Shown one piece after another: positions 41,591 through 56,458 of a DNA stretch of 64,000 nt. The translations under genes and the position numbers were made by a program. The notes beneath the pieces are model-generated. The model was not told where the DNA came from and searched no databases. It saw nothing but the letters and a program-made list of their open reading frames with translations. Source of the DNA: the human T2T-CHM13v2.0 reference genome, Homo sapiens; the NCBI RefSeq assembly GCF_009914755.1, contig NC_060927.1; one strand, written 5' to 3'. Numbering within the stretch: position 1 is the stretch's first letter; the number at the start of each line of letters is the position of its first letter.

Positions 41591-44394
41591 GCAATGGCAC
41601 ATGCAGAATGGTTCCAGGTCACCAAGCTGGCCCTGGCTGCCTGTCTCATTGCCCTGGAGAAACTGCAGTTGTAGCAGTTCTCCCACCACAGGCTTGTGAC
41701 AGGGTAGAGCACACTTCAAGTACCTATTGCTAATGTGCTTTCCACAGTTCTGTCTGTGGAGGCCACTACCCTACTTCAGAACAGGTACTCTGATCTCTGG
41801 TTCAAGACTAAAATTCCTAGATGGTCATGCTGCCAGATTGCCAAAGAATGGCTTTGTATGCACCTGGATTAAAAACGACATTCTGCTCTTGGGCCTGGGC
41901 CTGGAAAACTGTATGCATCTTTTCCTGGTGTCTTTTTCTCACAGCATCTCCAAGACTCTCCCCAATTTAACTCCAGTGCTTGGGAGAAACAGAGTACTTT
42001 CCCTTGGCCTGGCTTGCTTAGATCCCCAGTGGAAAGGTAAGTTACAGAGGGAGATTTCTCTGCCTCTTGCACGTACTAGGGCTTCACTCACTTTTATCAG
42101 CTGGACACTGTCACAGGAGTTGTTTGCTAGTATTTTCCTCCCTGGGATCTGAGGTTTCTTCACAATTCTGGTGGATTTGTATTTTCCTTCTTGAATTAAA
42201 GCTCAGAGAGTTGATCTTTATGCATGATCTTGCTGTTTCCAAATGGCTAAGGCATGCTAAAAGCCTCTAATCTGCCATTTTCTGAATTCTTCATTCTAAA
42301 TACTAGTCCTTCTTTCAATATATGTAGCCTGCGTTTTTGTTTTCTTAATGTTGTGTTTTGAGGAGTAGATATTAACTTCAAGGAAGTCCAATTTGTCATT
42401 TTAAACTTTTTGTTTATTGTTGAGGTTTCTTATGTTTTGTCTTTATTATGGTTATCTAACTTATCATCTGTTGGTTTTGGTCAGTTTATATTTTAAGAAA
42501 TCTGTCCACTTTACATTTTTGGATTTGTTTTAATTAATCATACTGTTATTTTTTAATGCATGTGAGGTATTTAGTGATAATCCTCATTTATTTCAGATTT
42601 TAGGAATTTGTGTTCTCTCTTTTTCTTGATCAAGTCTAACTAGGTTTTTGTTGCTTTTGTTGATGTTTTAAAAAATCAACTTTTAACTTTCTGATTTTTT
42701 TGTGTATTATTTAACATGTATCTGCTGTTATCCTATTCATTTTACTGACTTAGGGTTTATTCACTTTTATTTTTAAAAGATATTTTTATTGGATATACAA
42801 TTCTAGGTGAAAATTTAAATACATCAATTTATTGTCTCCTGGCTTTACAGTATTTCTTTTTAAAAAAATTGATATATCATAGTTGTACATATTTATGGGA
42901 TACATGTGATGTTTTGGTACTTGCATACAATGTGTAATGATCAAAACCAGGGTAATTGGGATATATCCATCACCTCAAACATTCATATTTCTTTTCTGTT
43001 GGAAACATTACAGTTTTTCTCTTCTGGCTATTTTGAAATATACAATAAATTATGAACTGTAATTTCCCTACTGTACTATCACATACTAGAACTTATTCCT
43101 TTTAACTGTATTTTAGTACCTATTAATCAACTTTTCTTCATTGCCTTCTCTCCCTTCCCTTCCAGCTTCTGGTAACCATCATTGTACTCTGTCTCTTCAC
43201 GAGATCCACTTATTTAGCTCTCACATAAGAGTAAGAACATACAGTATTTTTCTTCCTGTGACTGTTTTTTTTTTTCTTTAAAATTATGGATTTGGAGGGA
43301 TACATGTGCAGGTTTGTTACATGGGTATATTGTGTAATGAGGGATGGGGTTTGGGCTTCTAGAAAACCCATCAACCAAATAATGAACATAGTACTCAAGA
43401 GGTAGTTTTTCAATTTTTGCCTCTCTCCCTCCTTCCTGCTTCTTGGAGTCCCCATTGTCCACTGTTTTCCATCTTCATGTTACGTGTACTCATTGATTAG
43501 CTCCTACTTATAAGTGAGAACTTGTGGTATTTTTTTTTCTGTTTCTGTGTTATTTCATTTCAGATAATGGCCTCAGCTGCATCCATGTTGCTGCAAAGAA
43601 CGTGATTTCATTCTGTTTTATGCCTGCTTAGTATTTCATGTATTATATATAACCACATGTTCTTTATCCAGTCCACTGTTGATGGACACTTAGGTTGATT
43701 CCATGACTTTGCTATTGTGATTAGTTCTGTGATAGACATATGTGTGCAGGTATCTTTTCGATAAAACAGTTTCTTTTCCTTTGGGTAGATACCCAGTCGT
43801 GGGATTGCTGGGTTGAATGGTAGTTCTATTTTTTTTTTTTTTGAGAAGTCTCCAAATTGCTTTCCACAGGGGCTGAACTAATTACATTCCCACCAAAAGT
43901 TTGTAAGTGTTCCCTTTTCTCTGCGTCCTCGAGAACATCTGTTATTATTTGACTTTTTAATAATAGCCATTCTGACTGGTATGAGGTGGTATCTCTTTGT
44001 GGTTTTAATTTGCTTTTCCCTGATGAATAGTTACATTGAGCATTTTTTCACGTATGTTGGCTGCTTCTGTGTCTTCTTTTGAGACGTGTCTATTCATGTC
44101 CTCTGCTCACTTTTTAATGGGGATATTTGTAATTTTCTTGTTGATTTAAGTTCCTTATAGATTCTAGATAGTAGTCCTTTGTCAGATGCATAGTTTGCAA
44201 ATATTCTTTCCCACTCTTAGATTGTGTGTTGATTCTTGATTGCTTCTTTTGTTGTGTAGAAGCTATTTAGTTTAAACCCCATTTGTCTATTTTTGTTTTT
44301 TTCATATTTGCTCTTAAAGTCTTAGTTATTATAATTACTCGCCTAGGCTAGTGTGTAGAAGTTGTTTCTTTTATTCCCCTCCCCTCCCCCCATC

Positions 44395-44556
44395 TTTTTT
44401 TTTTTTTATTTTGGCGAACAGGGTCTTGCTCTGTCATCCAGGCTGGAGTACAGTATTGTGATCATAACTCATTGAAGCCTTGAACTCCTGGGCTCAAGTG
44501 ATCCTTCTGCCTCAGCTTTCAGAGTTGCTTGAACTACAGATGAGCACCATCACACC

Positions 44557-44589
<33 letters not shown>

Positions 44590-44705
44590 GTGGTCTCATT
44601 TCACTATGTTGCTCAGGCTGGTCTTGAGCTCCTGACCTCAAGCAGTCCTCTTTGTTTTGGCCTCCCAATGTGCTGAGATTACAGATGTGAGTCACTGTGC
44701 TGGGC
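44395..44705 (-). mobile_element. AluJ
   Basis: Reversed Alu with a long internal poly-T linker. Confidence 0.88.
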
Positions 44706-45624
44706 TTTTCCTATGTTTTCTTCTAGGATTGCTATAGTTTCAGGTCTTAATTTAAGTTGTTAATCCGTGTTGAGTTAACTTTTGTAAGTGATGAGAGAGA
44801 TCTATTCAGTATCATTCTTCTGCATAGGGCTAGCCAGTTTTCCTAGCACTATTTATTGAATAGGGTGTTCTCTTCCCGTTGTTTACTTTTCTCAACTTTG
44901 TCAAAGATCAGTTGATTGTAGGTATGTGGCTTTATTTCTGGCTTTTCTATGTTTCATTAATCTATGTGTCTATTTTTGTACCATTACCACGCTGTTTCAC
45001 TACTATAGCTTTGTAGTATAGTTTGAAGTTAGGTTATGTGATGCTCCTGGGTTTGTTCTTTTTGCTTTGGATTACTTTGGCTATTCAGGTGCTTTTTTGG
45101 TTTTAAAAATAATTTTTCAATTATTTTTTCTAATTCTGTGTAAAATGATATTGGTAATTTGATAGCAATTGTTCTGAATCTGTAGATTATTTTGGGCAGC
45201 ATGGTCATTTTAATGATACAGATCTTTGAATTAGCAATGAATGTTTTTCCATTTGTTTGTGTCATCTATGATTACTTTCATTAGTGTTTTGTAGTTTTCC
45301 TTGTAGAGATCTGTCACCTCCTTGGTTAAATGTATTCCTAGGTATTGTATTGTATTATGTTGTGTTGTGTTGTGTTTTATTTTTGTGGCAGTTGTAAATG
45401 GGATTGAGTTCTTGATTTGGTTCTCAGCTTGAATGCTATTGAAGTATAGACGTGACACTGGTTTTTGTATGTTGATTTTTGTATCCTGAAACTTTACTGA
45501 AGTAATTTATCAGGACTAGGAGACTTCTGGAGGAATCTTTAGAATATTTTAGGGATAGGGTCACGTAGTAAGTGAACAGATAATTTGACTTCTTCTTTTC
45601 CTATTTGGATGCCTTTTATTTCTT

Positions 45625-46636
45625 ATTTATTTATTTATTTATTTATTTCCTTCAACTTTTAAGTCCAGGGATACATGTGCAGGTATGTGGAGGTTTTTTA
45701 CATAGGTAAACATGTGCCATGGTGGTTGGCTGCACGGATCATCCCATCACCTATGTATTAAGCCCAGCATCCACTAGCTATTCTTCCTGATGCTCACCCT
45801 CCCTTTACCCCCACCCCTGACAGGCCCCAGTATGTGTTGTTTCCCCCCATGTGTCCATGTGTTCTTATCATTCAGCTCCCACTTATAAGTGAGAACATGC
45901 AGTGTTTGGTTTTCTGTTCCTGTATGAGTTTGCTGAGGATAACAGCTTCCAACTCCATCCATGCCCCTGCAAAGGACGTGATCTCATTCCTTTTTATGGC
46001 TGCATAGTATTCCATGGTGTATATGTATCACATTTTTTAAAATCTAGTCTGTCACTGATGGGCATTTAGGTTGATTCCATGTCTTTGGTATTGTGAATAG
46101 TGCTGCATTGAACACGTGTGGTTGTATTTTTATAATAGAATGATTTATATTACTTTGGGTATATACCCAGTAATGGGATTGCTGGGTCAAATAGTATTTC
46201 TGATTCTGGGTCTTTGAGGAATCACCACACTGTCTTCACAATGGTTGAACTAATTTACACTCCCACTAACAGTGTAAAAGTGTTTCCTTTTCTCCTCAAC
46301 CTTGCCAGCATCTGTTGTTTTTTGATTTTTTAATAAATAGCCATTTTGACTGGCATGAGATGGTGTCTCATTGTACTTTGGATTTGCATTTCTCTATGAT
46401 CAGTGATGTTGGGCTTTTTTTTTTCATATGTTTGTTGGCCACATGTATGTCTTCTTTTGAGAAGTTTTTGTTCATGTCCTTTGCCCACTTTTTAATGGGG
46501 TTATTTGTTTTTTTTCTTGTAAATTTGTTTAAGTTCCATGTGGACTCTGAATATTAGACCTTTTGTCAGATGGATAGATTACAAAAATTCTGTAGGTTGT
46601 CTGTTTATTCTGATGATAGTTTCTTTTGCTGTGATG
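45625..46636 (-). mobile_element. 5'-truncated L1PA nested in the L1PB
   Basis: (TTTA)n tail and 3' UTR; TSD GCCTTTTATTTCTT at 45611-45624 and 46637-46650. Confidence 0.9.
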
Positions 46637-47323
46637 GCCTTTTATTTCTTTCTCTCACCTGGTTGCTTTAGCTAGGAATTCCAGTAGTATGTTGAATAGA
46701 GTGGTGTAGGGGGACATTCTTGCCTTGTTCCAGTTCTTAGGAGGCATGCTTTCAACTTTTGCCTACTATGATGTTGGCTGTGGGTTTGTCATCTATGGCT
46801 CTTATTATTTTGAGGTGTGTTCCTGTGATGCCTAGATTGTTGAGGGTTTTTATCATGAGGGATGTTGAATTTTATTGAATGCTTTTTCTGCATCTATTTG
46901 AGATGATCACATGTTTTCTAAAACAAATTTATGTTAACCACATTTATTGATTTGCATGTGTTTAATCATCCTTGCATCATAGGAATCAAACCCTTTTGAT
47001 AGTGATTAATTATCTTTTGATGCGCTGCTCGATTCAGTTTGCTAGTAGTTTGTTGAGGACTTTTGCATCTATGTTTATCAGGGATATTGGCCTATAGTTT
47101 TCTATTTTTGTTGTGTCCTTGCCAGATTTTTGTTCTAGGATGATAATGGTTTAGTAGAAGAGTTAGGAAGGAGTTCCTCCTCCTTGATATTTTGGAATAG
47201 TTTTGGTAAGATTGGTCGCAGCTCTTCTTTGTACATCTGTTAGAATTCGGCTGTGAATCTGCCTGGTCCAGGGCTTTTTTTGCTTGGTAGGTTTTTTATT
47301 ACTGATTCAATTTTTAAACTTGA

Positions 47324-48420
<1,097 letters not shown>

Positions 48421-51305
48421 TGTTTAGTATAGGCTCCCAGTCTCTTCTGGCTTGTAGGGTTTCAGCTGAGACGTCTGCTGTTGCCCTGATGGGGATCCCT
48501 TTGTAGGTGACCTGCACTTTCTCTTTATCTGCCTTTAACATTCTTTCTTTTATTCAAACCTTGGAAAATCTGACAGTTATGTGTCTTGGGGATGATCTTC
48601 TTATGTAGAATCTTGCAAGAGTTCTCTGTATTTCCTGAATTTGACTGTTGGTTTCTCTAGCAAGGTTGGGGAAGTTTTCATGGATGATATCCTGAAATAT
48701 ATTTTCCAGGTCGTTTGCTTTCTCCCCCTCCCTTTCAGGGATGCCAATGATTCATAGATTTGGCCTCTTTTTTACATAATTTTATACTTCTCAGAGGTTT
48801 TGTTCATTTCTTTTTATTCTATTTTTCTTTATTTTTCTCTGTCTTATTTTAGAGAGCCAGTATTCAAGTTCTGAGATTCTTTCCTTAGCTTGGTTATTCT
48901 CATGTTAATACTTGTGATTACACTGTGAAATTCTTGTATTGTGTTATTCAGCTCTGTCAGACCCGTTAGGTTCTTTTTTATATTGGCTATTTTGTCCTTT
49001 AGCTCCTGTATCACTTTATTGTGGTTCTTATTTTCCTTGGGTTTCATATTGTCATCCTCCTGACTCTCGATTATTTTTGTTTCTACTTGTATTCTGAATT
49101 CTGAATTCTATTTCTGTCATTCCGGCTAGTTCAGCCTGGTCAAGAACTCTTGTTGGAGAACTGGTATGGTTTTTTTTTTTTTTTTTTTTTGAGACGGAAT
49201 CTGACTCTGTCGCCAGGCTGGAGTACAGTGGCATGAACTTGGCTCACTGCAGCCTCTGCCTCCCAGGTTTAAGCGATTCTCTCCTGCCTCAGCCTCCCAA
49301 GTAGCTGGGACTACAGGCACATGCCACCATGCCCAGCTAATTTTTGTATTTTTAGTAGAGACTGGGTTTCACGGTGTTGGCCAGGATGGTCTCAATCTCT
49401 TGACCTCGTGATCCACCCCCCTCGGCCTCCCAAAGTGCTGGGATTACAGGTGTGAGCCACTGCGCCCGGCCCGGTGTGGTTTTTTTGTAGGACATATGAC
49501 ACTCTGGCCAGAGTTATTACATTGATTTTTTCTCATCTCTGCATGTGGGTGTTCCTTTAACTACAGTGTAGGTTGAGTACAGTCAGTTGACTTTTCTGGA
49601 TGTTTTCACCAAGCTGAGGCTTTGTGTGGGGGTTTTATTTGAAGCTGACTTCTTGTCTCTAGTTTCAGAGGGAGTTATGTTAGTGAGGTATTTTTGGTGT
49701 TGAAGTTTTGGGATATAATCCAGAAGGCGACACTTAGGCTCATTGGTCAGTTGGTAGACTCTTGCTCAGTTGTGTGGCTCCTCTGTGTTTCCTCATAGTT
49801 GCAGCAATGTTCCCTCTCAATGCTGTGGAAGTGTGGGTTCCTCTCTTTCTTGAGTGCTGGCTGTAATTTATGACTTTGTACTTCTTGGCTGCCCACTGCA
49901 GCTCTGTGCCGAGTGTTTATGTTTCTTTCCCAGCTTAGAGGCAGCAGAGGAAGAGATCTTGGTACTGGTTGTGGCCAAGGGTCATTTGGTTGACTCTTGG
50001 GGACCCCAACCCAGAGAGATGCAGGTCAGAATTTGCTCAGTGCAGTCAGTCCATGATGGAGGGTTTGTACTGTGGGCCCAAGTCAGGGGTTCCTTGTCTG
50101 GTGATGAGCCATGGGGGTTGTATGGGACCTGCAGGAGACAGAATGGCCTGCTCTTTTTGGGTTGACTGCAGCTTGTTGGAGGTGTGGATAAGGCCCTTAG
50201 GGTCTTTTCTTCCTCTTTTCTGAGGATAGGAAGGGCACTTCCATTGCAGAAGCAGTGCCAGAGAGGCTTTCAGATGCCCCTGGAGGCTCTGCTTAGGGAG
50301 TTGCTGAGTTGGTACTGGCTTGATAGTTCTGGCTCTATAGTTGATAGTTGAGGCTTAGGCCTGGAGGACTTACCCAGTGAGGAGATATGGGAACAGGTAC
50401 TCATACAATAATCTGGCCACTTTTCCAAAGGGCTGCTACTGTATGCTTGGGGTATACTCAACTGGCTGCTGGCCCAAAGCCACTTGTAGGAGTTGGCTGG
50501 AGACCACGGTTGAGAGGTCCTGTTTGGTGAGGAGTAATGGGTCAGGACCTACTTAAAAAAGCAGTCAGGCCATGTTTTGGTAGAGCAGATGTGCTGTGCT
50601 TGGGGTCCTGTTCAGTCCCTGCTCACTTCAGAGACTCCAAAGCCCAAAGTCTGGAATGGCCAAGTCGCCCAAACAGCAAAGATGGCAGCCTGCCCCTCCC
50701 CCTGGGAGCTCCTTCTTAGGGAGGTTTAGTGCCACTACTTGTAGCTGGCTGGAATTCCAAGCCAGTGGGTCTTATCTTCTGAGGTGCCATGGAAGTGGGG
50801 CCTGCAGGCCGTTGCTGCTGAGCTTTCTGGATTCAGTCTCTTTCCTAGGGGTACATACAGCAGTCTAACCTTCCACTTTGCTGTAGCTCTAGTTACTTTT
50901 GCTGGAAGCCCAAGTATCTAGGGCTCCAGGGTCTCCATGCATGCCTGAGTGGCTGCTCTGCCGAGACTCTACGTAGCTCAGACTGAAGACTGAAAGTCCT
51001 GGTTTAGTGGGATCTCCTGATCCGAGGGTTGCAAACATCTGTGGGAGAAGCATGGTTTTCCAGGGTTGCTCATTCACTCACCACTTTGCTGGGTGGTGGA
51101 GGATCTCCTGGCTCTATGTTGCTCCCAGGTGGGTCGTTGTCCTGTCTTGCTTTTCTTTGTTCTCTGTGGGTCAAGTTGTTTCCTTGATTAATCCCAATGT
51201 GAGTACCTGGATGTTTCAGTTGAAGGTGTTGTATTTACTCACCCCTTTTGTTCCTGTGAGAGCCACATACACTAGCTTCTTCTAGTCAGCCATCTTTGCT
51301 ACTCC
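48421..51305 (-). mobile_element. Older L1PA 5' portion (ORF1 plus 5' UTR), with AluSc at about 49170-49472
   Basis: ORF 48275-48541 begins EKVQVTYKGIPIRATADVSAETLQARRDW (ORF1p); 5' end CTAGTCAGCCATCTT near 51295. Confidence 0.85.
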
Positions 51306-54300
51306 CCAATGGTCAATTTTTAAGAATGTCCCATGCGCAGATGAGAAAAAGGTATATTCTGTGGTAGTTGCTTGGAGTATTCTGTAGATGTCTATTAGGT
51401 CATTTGGTGAAGAGTTTAATTTAAGTCCACAGTTTCTTTTTTCTCTGCCTCAGTGATGTGTCTAGTTCTGTCTGTGGGTATTGAAATTCTCCACTATTGC
51501 TGTATGGCTCTCTGTCTCTTTTTGTAATTTTGGTAGTATATGTTTTATATCCTGGGTGGTATGATATTGGGTGTGTATATATTTGAGATAGTTAAATCTT
51601 CTTTTGAATTGAACCGCTTTATCATTGCATGATGGCCTTCTTTGTCTTTTTTTTCCTGTTGCTGGTCTTAAGTCTGTTTTATCTCATAGAATAAGAGCAA
51701 CCCCTGCTCTCTCTTTTTTTTTTTTTGCTTTGCATTTGTGTGATCTTTATCCCTTTATGTTGAGCCTTTGGGTGTCATTACATATGAGATGGCAGCAGAA
51801 GGTTGGGTCGTTTTTTTTTTTTTTTTTTAAATACAAATTGCCACTCTGTGTCTTTTAAATGTGCCATTTCATTTATTTATGTTCAAGGTTGATACTGCTA
51901 TGTAAGGTTTTGTCCTTGTGATAGTATTGTCAGCTAGTTGCTTTGCCGTCTCAATTGTATAATTGCTTCATATGATACGTGAGCTTTATACTTACATGCA
52001 CTTTTATGGTAGCAGGTATCTTTCATTTTCATCTTTAGAACTCCTTTGAGCATTTCTTGCGAGATTGATTTGGTGGTGATTATTTCTTTTAGCAGTTGCT
52101 TGTCTGGATGTGCATAATTGTTTGGCTTAGTTCCTGGGTGCTTTCAGGGGGCCAAAGCTCTGTATGTGTTCCCTAGTTGTGGATACCTTCTGTGTGGCAG
52201 CTTTCTCAGATACTGTTTGTTGTAGCCATGTATTGGATGAATTAGCTTACATATATCGTTCAGGGCAGAGGATAGGGAGAACTCAGGAAACTTATCTAGC
52301 ACCAAGCCCTTCGGGCAGCATATCTTTTATTTGGTGGTACAGTTCAGGCCGAAATCCAGAAGGTGGTGCTTAAGAGTAAGAGCTGGTTCTCCCTTAGGTA
52401 GGCTGATGGTAAGTGGAAGCACCTGCCTTGATGTGGGGTTGGTGGAAAGTGATCCTGTTGGAGTGTGCTTAGTTCTTAGGGGAGGGGCTGAGGAGTGCAT
52501 CAGCTCCTTGTCATTGTTCAGTGGGAATGCAGTCTGCTTCCCTATCATGACTTTGTTGCAGGACTCATGACCTTCACTTCATAAAGACTTTGTCTTTTTC
52601 ATTCCTGGCTGCAGTGTGGCTGCAGGCTGTGGATATGCCCTTCTCATGGCTACCACCAAAATGAGCCCTGGGCACAGCCTTTCCCCCTAATCCAGAGCAG
52701 GCAACTCCATGAATTGGCTGTCCTTTATTGCCAGGACACTGCCATTTTGTGTAGGGAGGGGGAGTTGGACCCTTCCTTTCATGTAGGCCCAAGTGGCACG
52801 GACTCACATTCAGCAAGGGTGGAGCCACCATGAAAAGCACAAACAACACAAACAACACTTTCTCCAAGTACACACGTGTCATCCTCCAGTGGGAAGAACT
52901 ACTGCTGCTTCTGCAACAATCGATGGGAGCAGTTAGGGTGGGAGAGGGCCCATTCTCCACAGCCATTTCCGGGTGTTGGTGCTGGCCCCCGCAGTGATTG
53001 GCACTACTCCTATGTTTTATTTGTGCCAACGAGGGCTTTGGTGGGCTGCACTTCCCCCTCCCTTATGGGTGGCCCACACTGAGGGTTAGATCTCCAGGCA
53101 TCCTGCAGCTTCCCAGGGACTTGATGGTTCTCTGTGTTTGTCAAAGTCACAGTGGATTGTAGGGTATATTTGCAGGGGATCTGGTGGTGCTGTGACTCAA
53201 GGGCAGAGAGTCCTTGGGCATGGTAGTGGCTTATGACAAGTGCCGAACCTGTATGGCATGGTCTGTCTCAGTTCAGGTCTGAGGGGAATGCAGATAGCCT
53301 GTGTGAGCTGGCTACCCGGTTCTTTGTGCTTGACAAGTTCCCAAATAATCACCAATAGCATAGCTCTGGGTTACAAGGGCAGAGGGTCTTTCCAACAGTT
53401 TGGTGATTCATAGAATGTTACAAGGGTGAGTGCAGCAGAGAAGTACTCCCACCTACCCTTTCCATGAGACTCCAGTTTTCCAGGGGTCGATCTTTGCTAG
53501 ATTCTCGATGCTTTCCTTTTTGCATCCCATGTCCTTCCCATGGCTACTGTGACAAGTCCTGGCTACTTTTTCTCAGTTTTTCTTTTGGGATTTGTCCGTT
53601 CACCAGTAACTTTGGTCTTCTTTCTGAGAAGAGCTGGCACCTGACATCCCTGGTCAGCCATCTTGAGAACAAACAAACTCTGTGACTGTGTTATTTCACT
53701 TAACGTAATGATCACCGGTTCCATTTATGTTGCTGCAAATGACAGGATTTTATTTGTTTTTATCATTGAATAACATTCAGTTTTGTATATATACTATATT
53801 TTCTTTATCCCTTCATGTGTTGATGAACACTTAAGGTGATTTCACATCTTGGCTATTGCCAATAATGCTCCAGTAAACGTAGGTGTGCAGCTCTATCGTC
53901 CACACACTCATTTCTTTTTCTTTGGATATGTACCAAGCAGGGGATTGCTGGATCATATGGTAGTCCTTTTTTAGTTTTTTGAGGAACCCCTATATTGTTT
54001 TCTATAATGGCTGTGTCACTTTACATTTCTGCCAACAGTGTATGTGCTTTTCTCTACATTTCTTGCCAGTATTTGTTATTTTTTGTCTTTCTAGTAATAG
54101 CTATTGTAACTAGGGTAAGATGGATATCTCATTGTAGTTTTTATTTACATTTTCCTGATTATTAGTGATATTGAGCATTGTTTAATATACCTGTTGCCAT
54201 TTGTACATCTTTTGAGAAATGTCCATTCAGGTATTTTGTCCATTTTAAAATTGGATTTTTTTTCTTTTGCTATTGATTTGAGTTCTTCATATATTCTGGT

Positions 54301-56162
54301 TATTAATCTTTTGACAGATGGATAATTTGCAGATTATTTCCTTTCGTTCTGTAGGTTGTCTCTTCACTTTATTGATTGTTTGCTTTGAAGAACTTTAGTT
54401 TGATATAATCCCATTTATCTGTTTTTGCTTTTGTTGCCTGTGATTTTTCAGGGCTTCCCCAACAATTTTTGCTCAAACCAATGTCCTGTAGCATTTTTCT
54501 AATTTTGTTTTGTTTTAGTAGTTTAATAGTGCCAGGTCTTACATTTAAGTTTTTAATCCATTTTGAGTTGATTTTTGTATATGGTTGAAGATGGGGATCT
54601 AGTTTGGTTCTTCTGCATAGGGATATCCAGTTTTTGCAGCACCATTTATTAAAGGGACTCCTTTCTCCAATGTATATTCTTGGTTCCTTTGTTGAAAATG
54701 AATTGGCTGTTAAGTGTGTGGATTTATTTCTGAGTTCTCTATTCTGTTCTATTGATCTATGTGTGTTTTTATGCCAGTCATGCTGTTTTGGTTACTATAG
54801 CTTTGTAGTAGTATATTTTGAAGTCAGGTATTATGATGCATCCAGGCTTGGTTTTTTTTTCCCAGCAGTAGCTATTTGGGGTCTTTTGTGGTTCCACATA
54901 CATTTTAGGATTTTTTTTTTCCTTTCTGTGAGGAGTGTCAGAGGTTTTCTCTTTAATTTTTAATGTTTAATTTTGGGGGGTACGTAGTAGATTTATATAT
55001 TTATGGGGTAAATGAGATGTTTTGATACAGGCATGCAATGTGTAACAGTCATACCATGGAGAATGGGGTATCTATCCCCTCAAGCTTTTATCTTTTGTGT
55101 TACCAACAGTCTAATTATACTGTTTTAATTATTTTTAAATGTACAATCCAATTATTATTGACTGTAGTCACCATGTTGTGCTTTCAAATTTTAGGTCTGA
55201 TACATTCTCCCTATTTGTTTATACACATTAACCATCTCCACCACACCCTCTGTTTCCCTATGACCCTTCCCACCCTCTGGCAACCATTCTTCTACTCTCT
55301 GTCTCCATGAGTTCTGTTGTTTTGGTTTTTAGATCCCAGAAATAGGTGATAACATGTGATGTTTGTCTTTCTGTGCCTGATTTATTTCACTTAACATAGT
55401 GATCTCTAGTTTCATCCATGTTGTTGCAAATAACAGGATCTTATTCTTCTTTATGACTGAATAGTACTCCATTGTATATGTGTACCACATTTTCTTTATC
55501 CATTTGTCTGTTGATAGATGCTTAGATTACTTCCAAATCTTGGCTGTTGTTAACAGTGCTGCAACAAACATGGGAGCGCATGTATCTCTTCGATATACTG
55601 ATTTCCTTTCTTTTGGATATATAACCAGCAGTGGGATTGCTGGATCATATAGTAACTCTAGTTTTAGTTGTTGGAGGAACCTCCAAACTGTTCTCCATAG
55701 TGGTTGTACTAATTGACATTCCCACCAACAGCATACAAGGGTTCCCTTTTCTCCACATCCTCATCAGCATTTGTTATTGTTTGTCTTTTGGATATAAGCC
55801 ATTTTAACTGGGGTGAGATGATATTTCATTGTAGTTTTGGTTTGTATTTCTCTGATGATCAGTGATGTTGAGTACCATTTCATATGCCGGTTTTGCAGTT
55901 GGTATATTTTCTTTTGAGAAATGTGTGTTCAAATCTTTTGCCCATTTTTTGATCAGATTATTCGATTTTTTTCCTATAGAGTTGTTTGAGTTCCTTGTAT
56001 ATTCTAGTCATTAATATTTTCTCTTATTCTGTGGGTTGTTTGTTCATTTCGTTGATTGTTTCCTTTGCTGTGAAGAAGCTTTTTAACTTGATGTGATCCC
56101 GTTTGTCCATTTTTTCTTTTGTTGCCTGTCCTTTTGGGGCATTACTTAAGAATTTTTTGTCA

Positions 56163-56458
56163 GGGTCAGGCGCAGTGGCTCACACCTGTAATCCCAGCAC
56201 TTTGGGAGGCTGAGGTGGGCAGATCACGAGGTCAGGAGATTGAGACCATCCTGGCCAACATGGTGAAATCCCGTCTCTACTAAAAATACGAAAATTAGCT
56301 GGGCGTGGTGGCATGTGCCTGTAATCCCAGCTACTCGGGAGGCTGAGGCAGAAGAATCCCTTGAACCAGGGAGTCAGAGGTTGTGGTTAGCTGAGATCAT
56401 GGCACCGCACTCCAGCCTGGTGACAAAGCGAGACTCTTTTTTTTTTTTTTTTGAGACA
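56163..56458 (+). mobile_element. AluSc-like with inverted tail
   Basis: AGATCACGAGGTCAGGAGATTGAGACCATCCTGGCC...CCTGGTGACAAAGCGAGACTC, then T16 GAGACA. Confidence 0.9.

Noticed and set aside
41080-41719. ~113-bp repeat array and 163-aa ORF as a novel array or CRISPR-like locus
   Set aside because: Degenerate contiguous monomers without unique spacers, inside an L1 5' UTR; eukaryotic context with no cas genes
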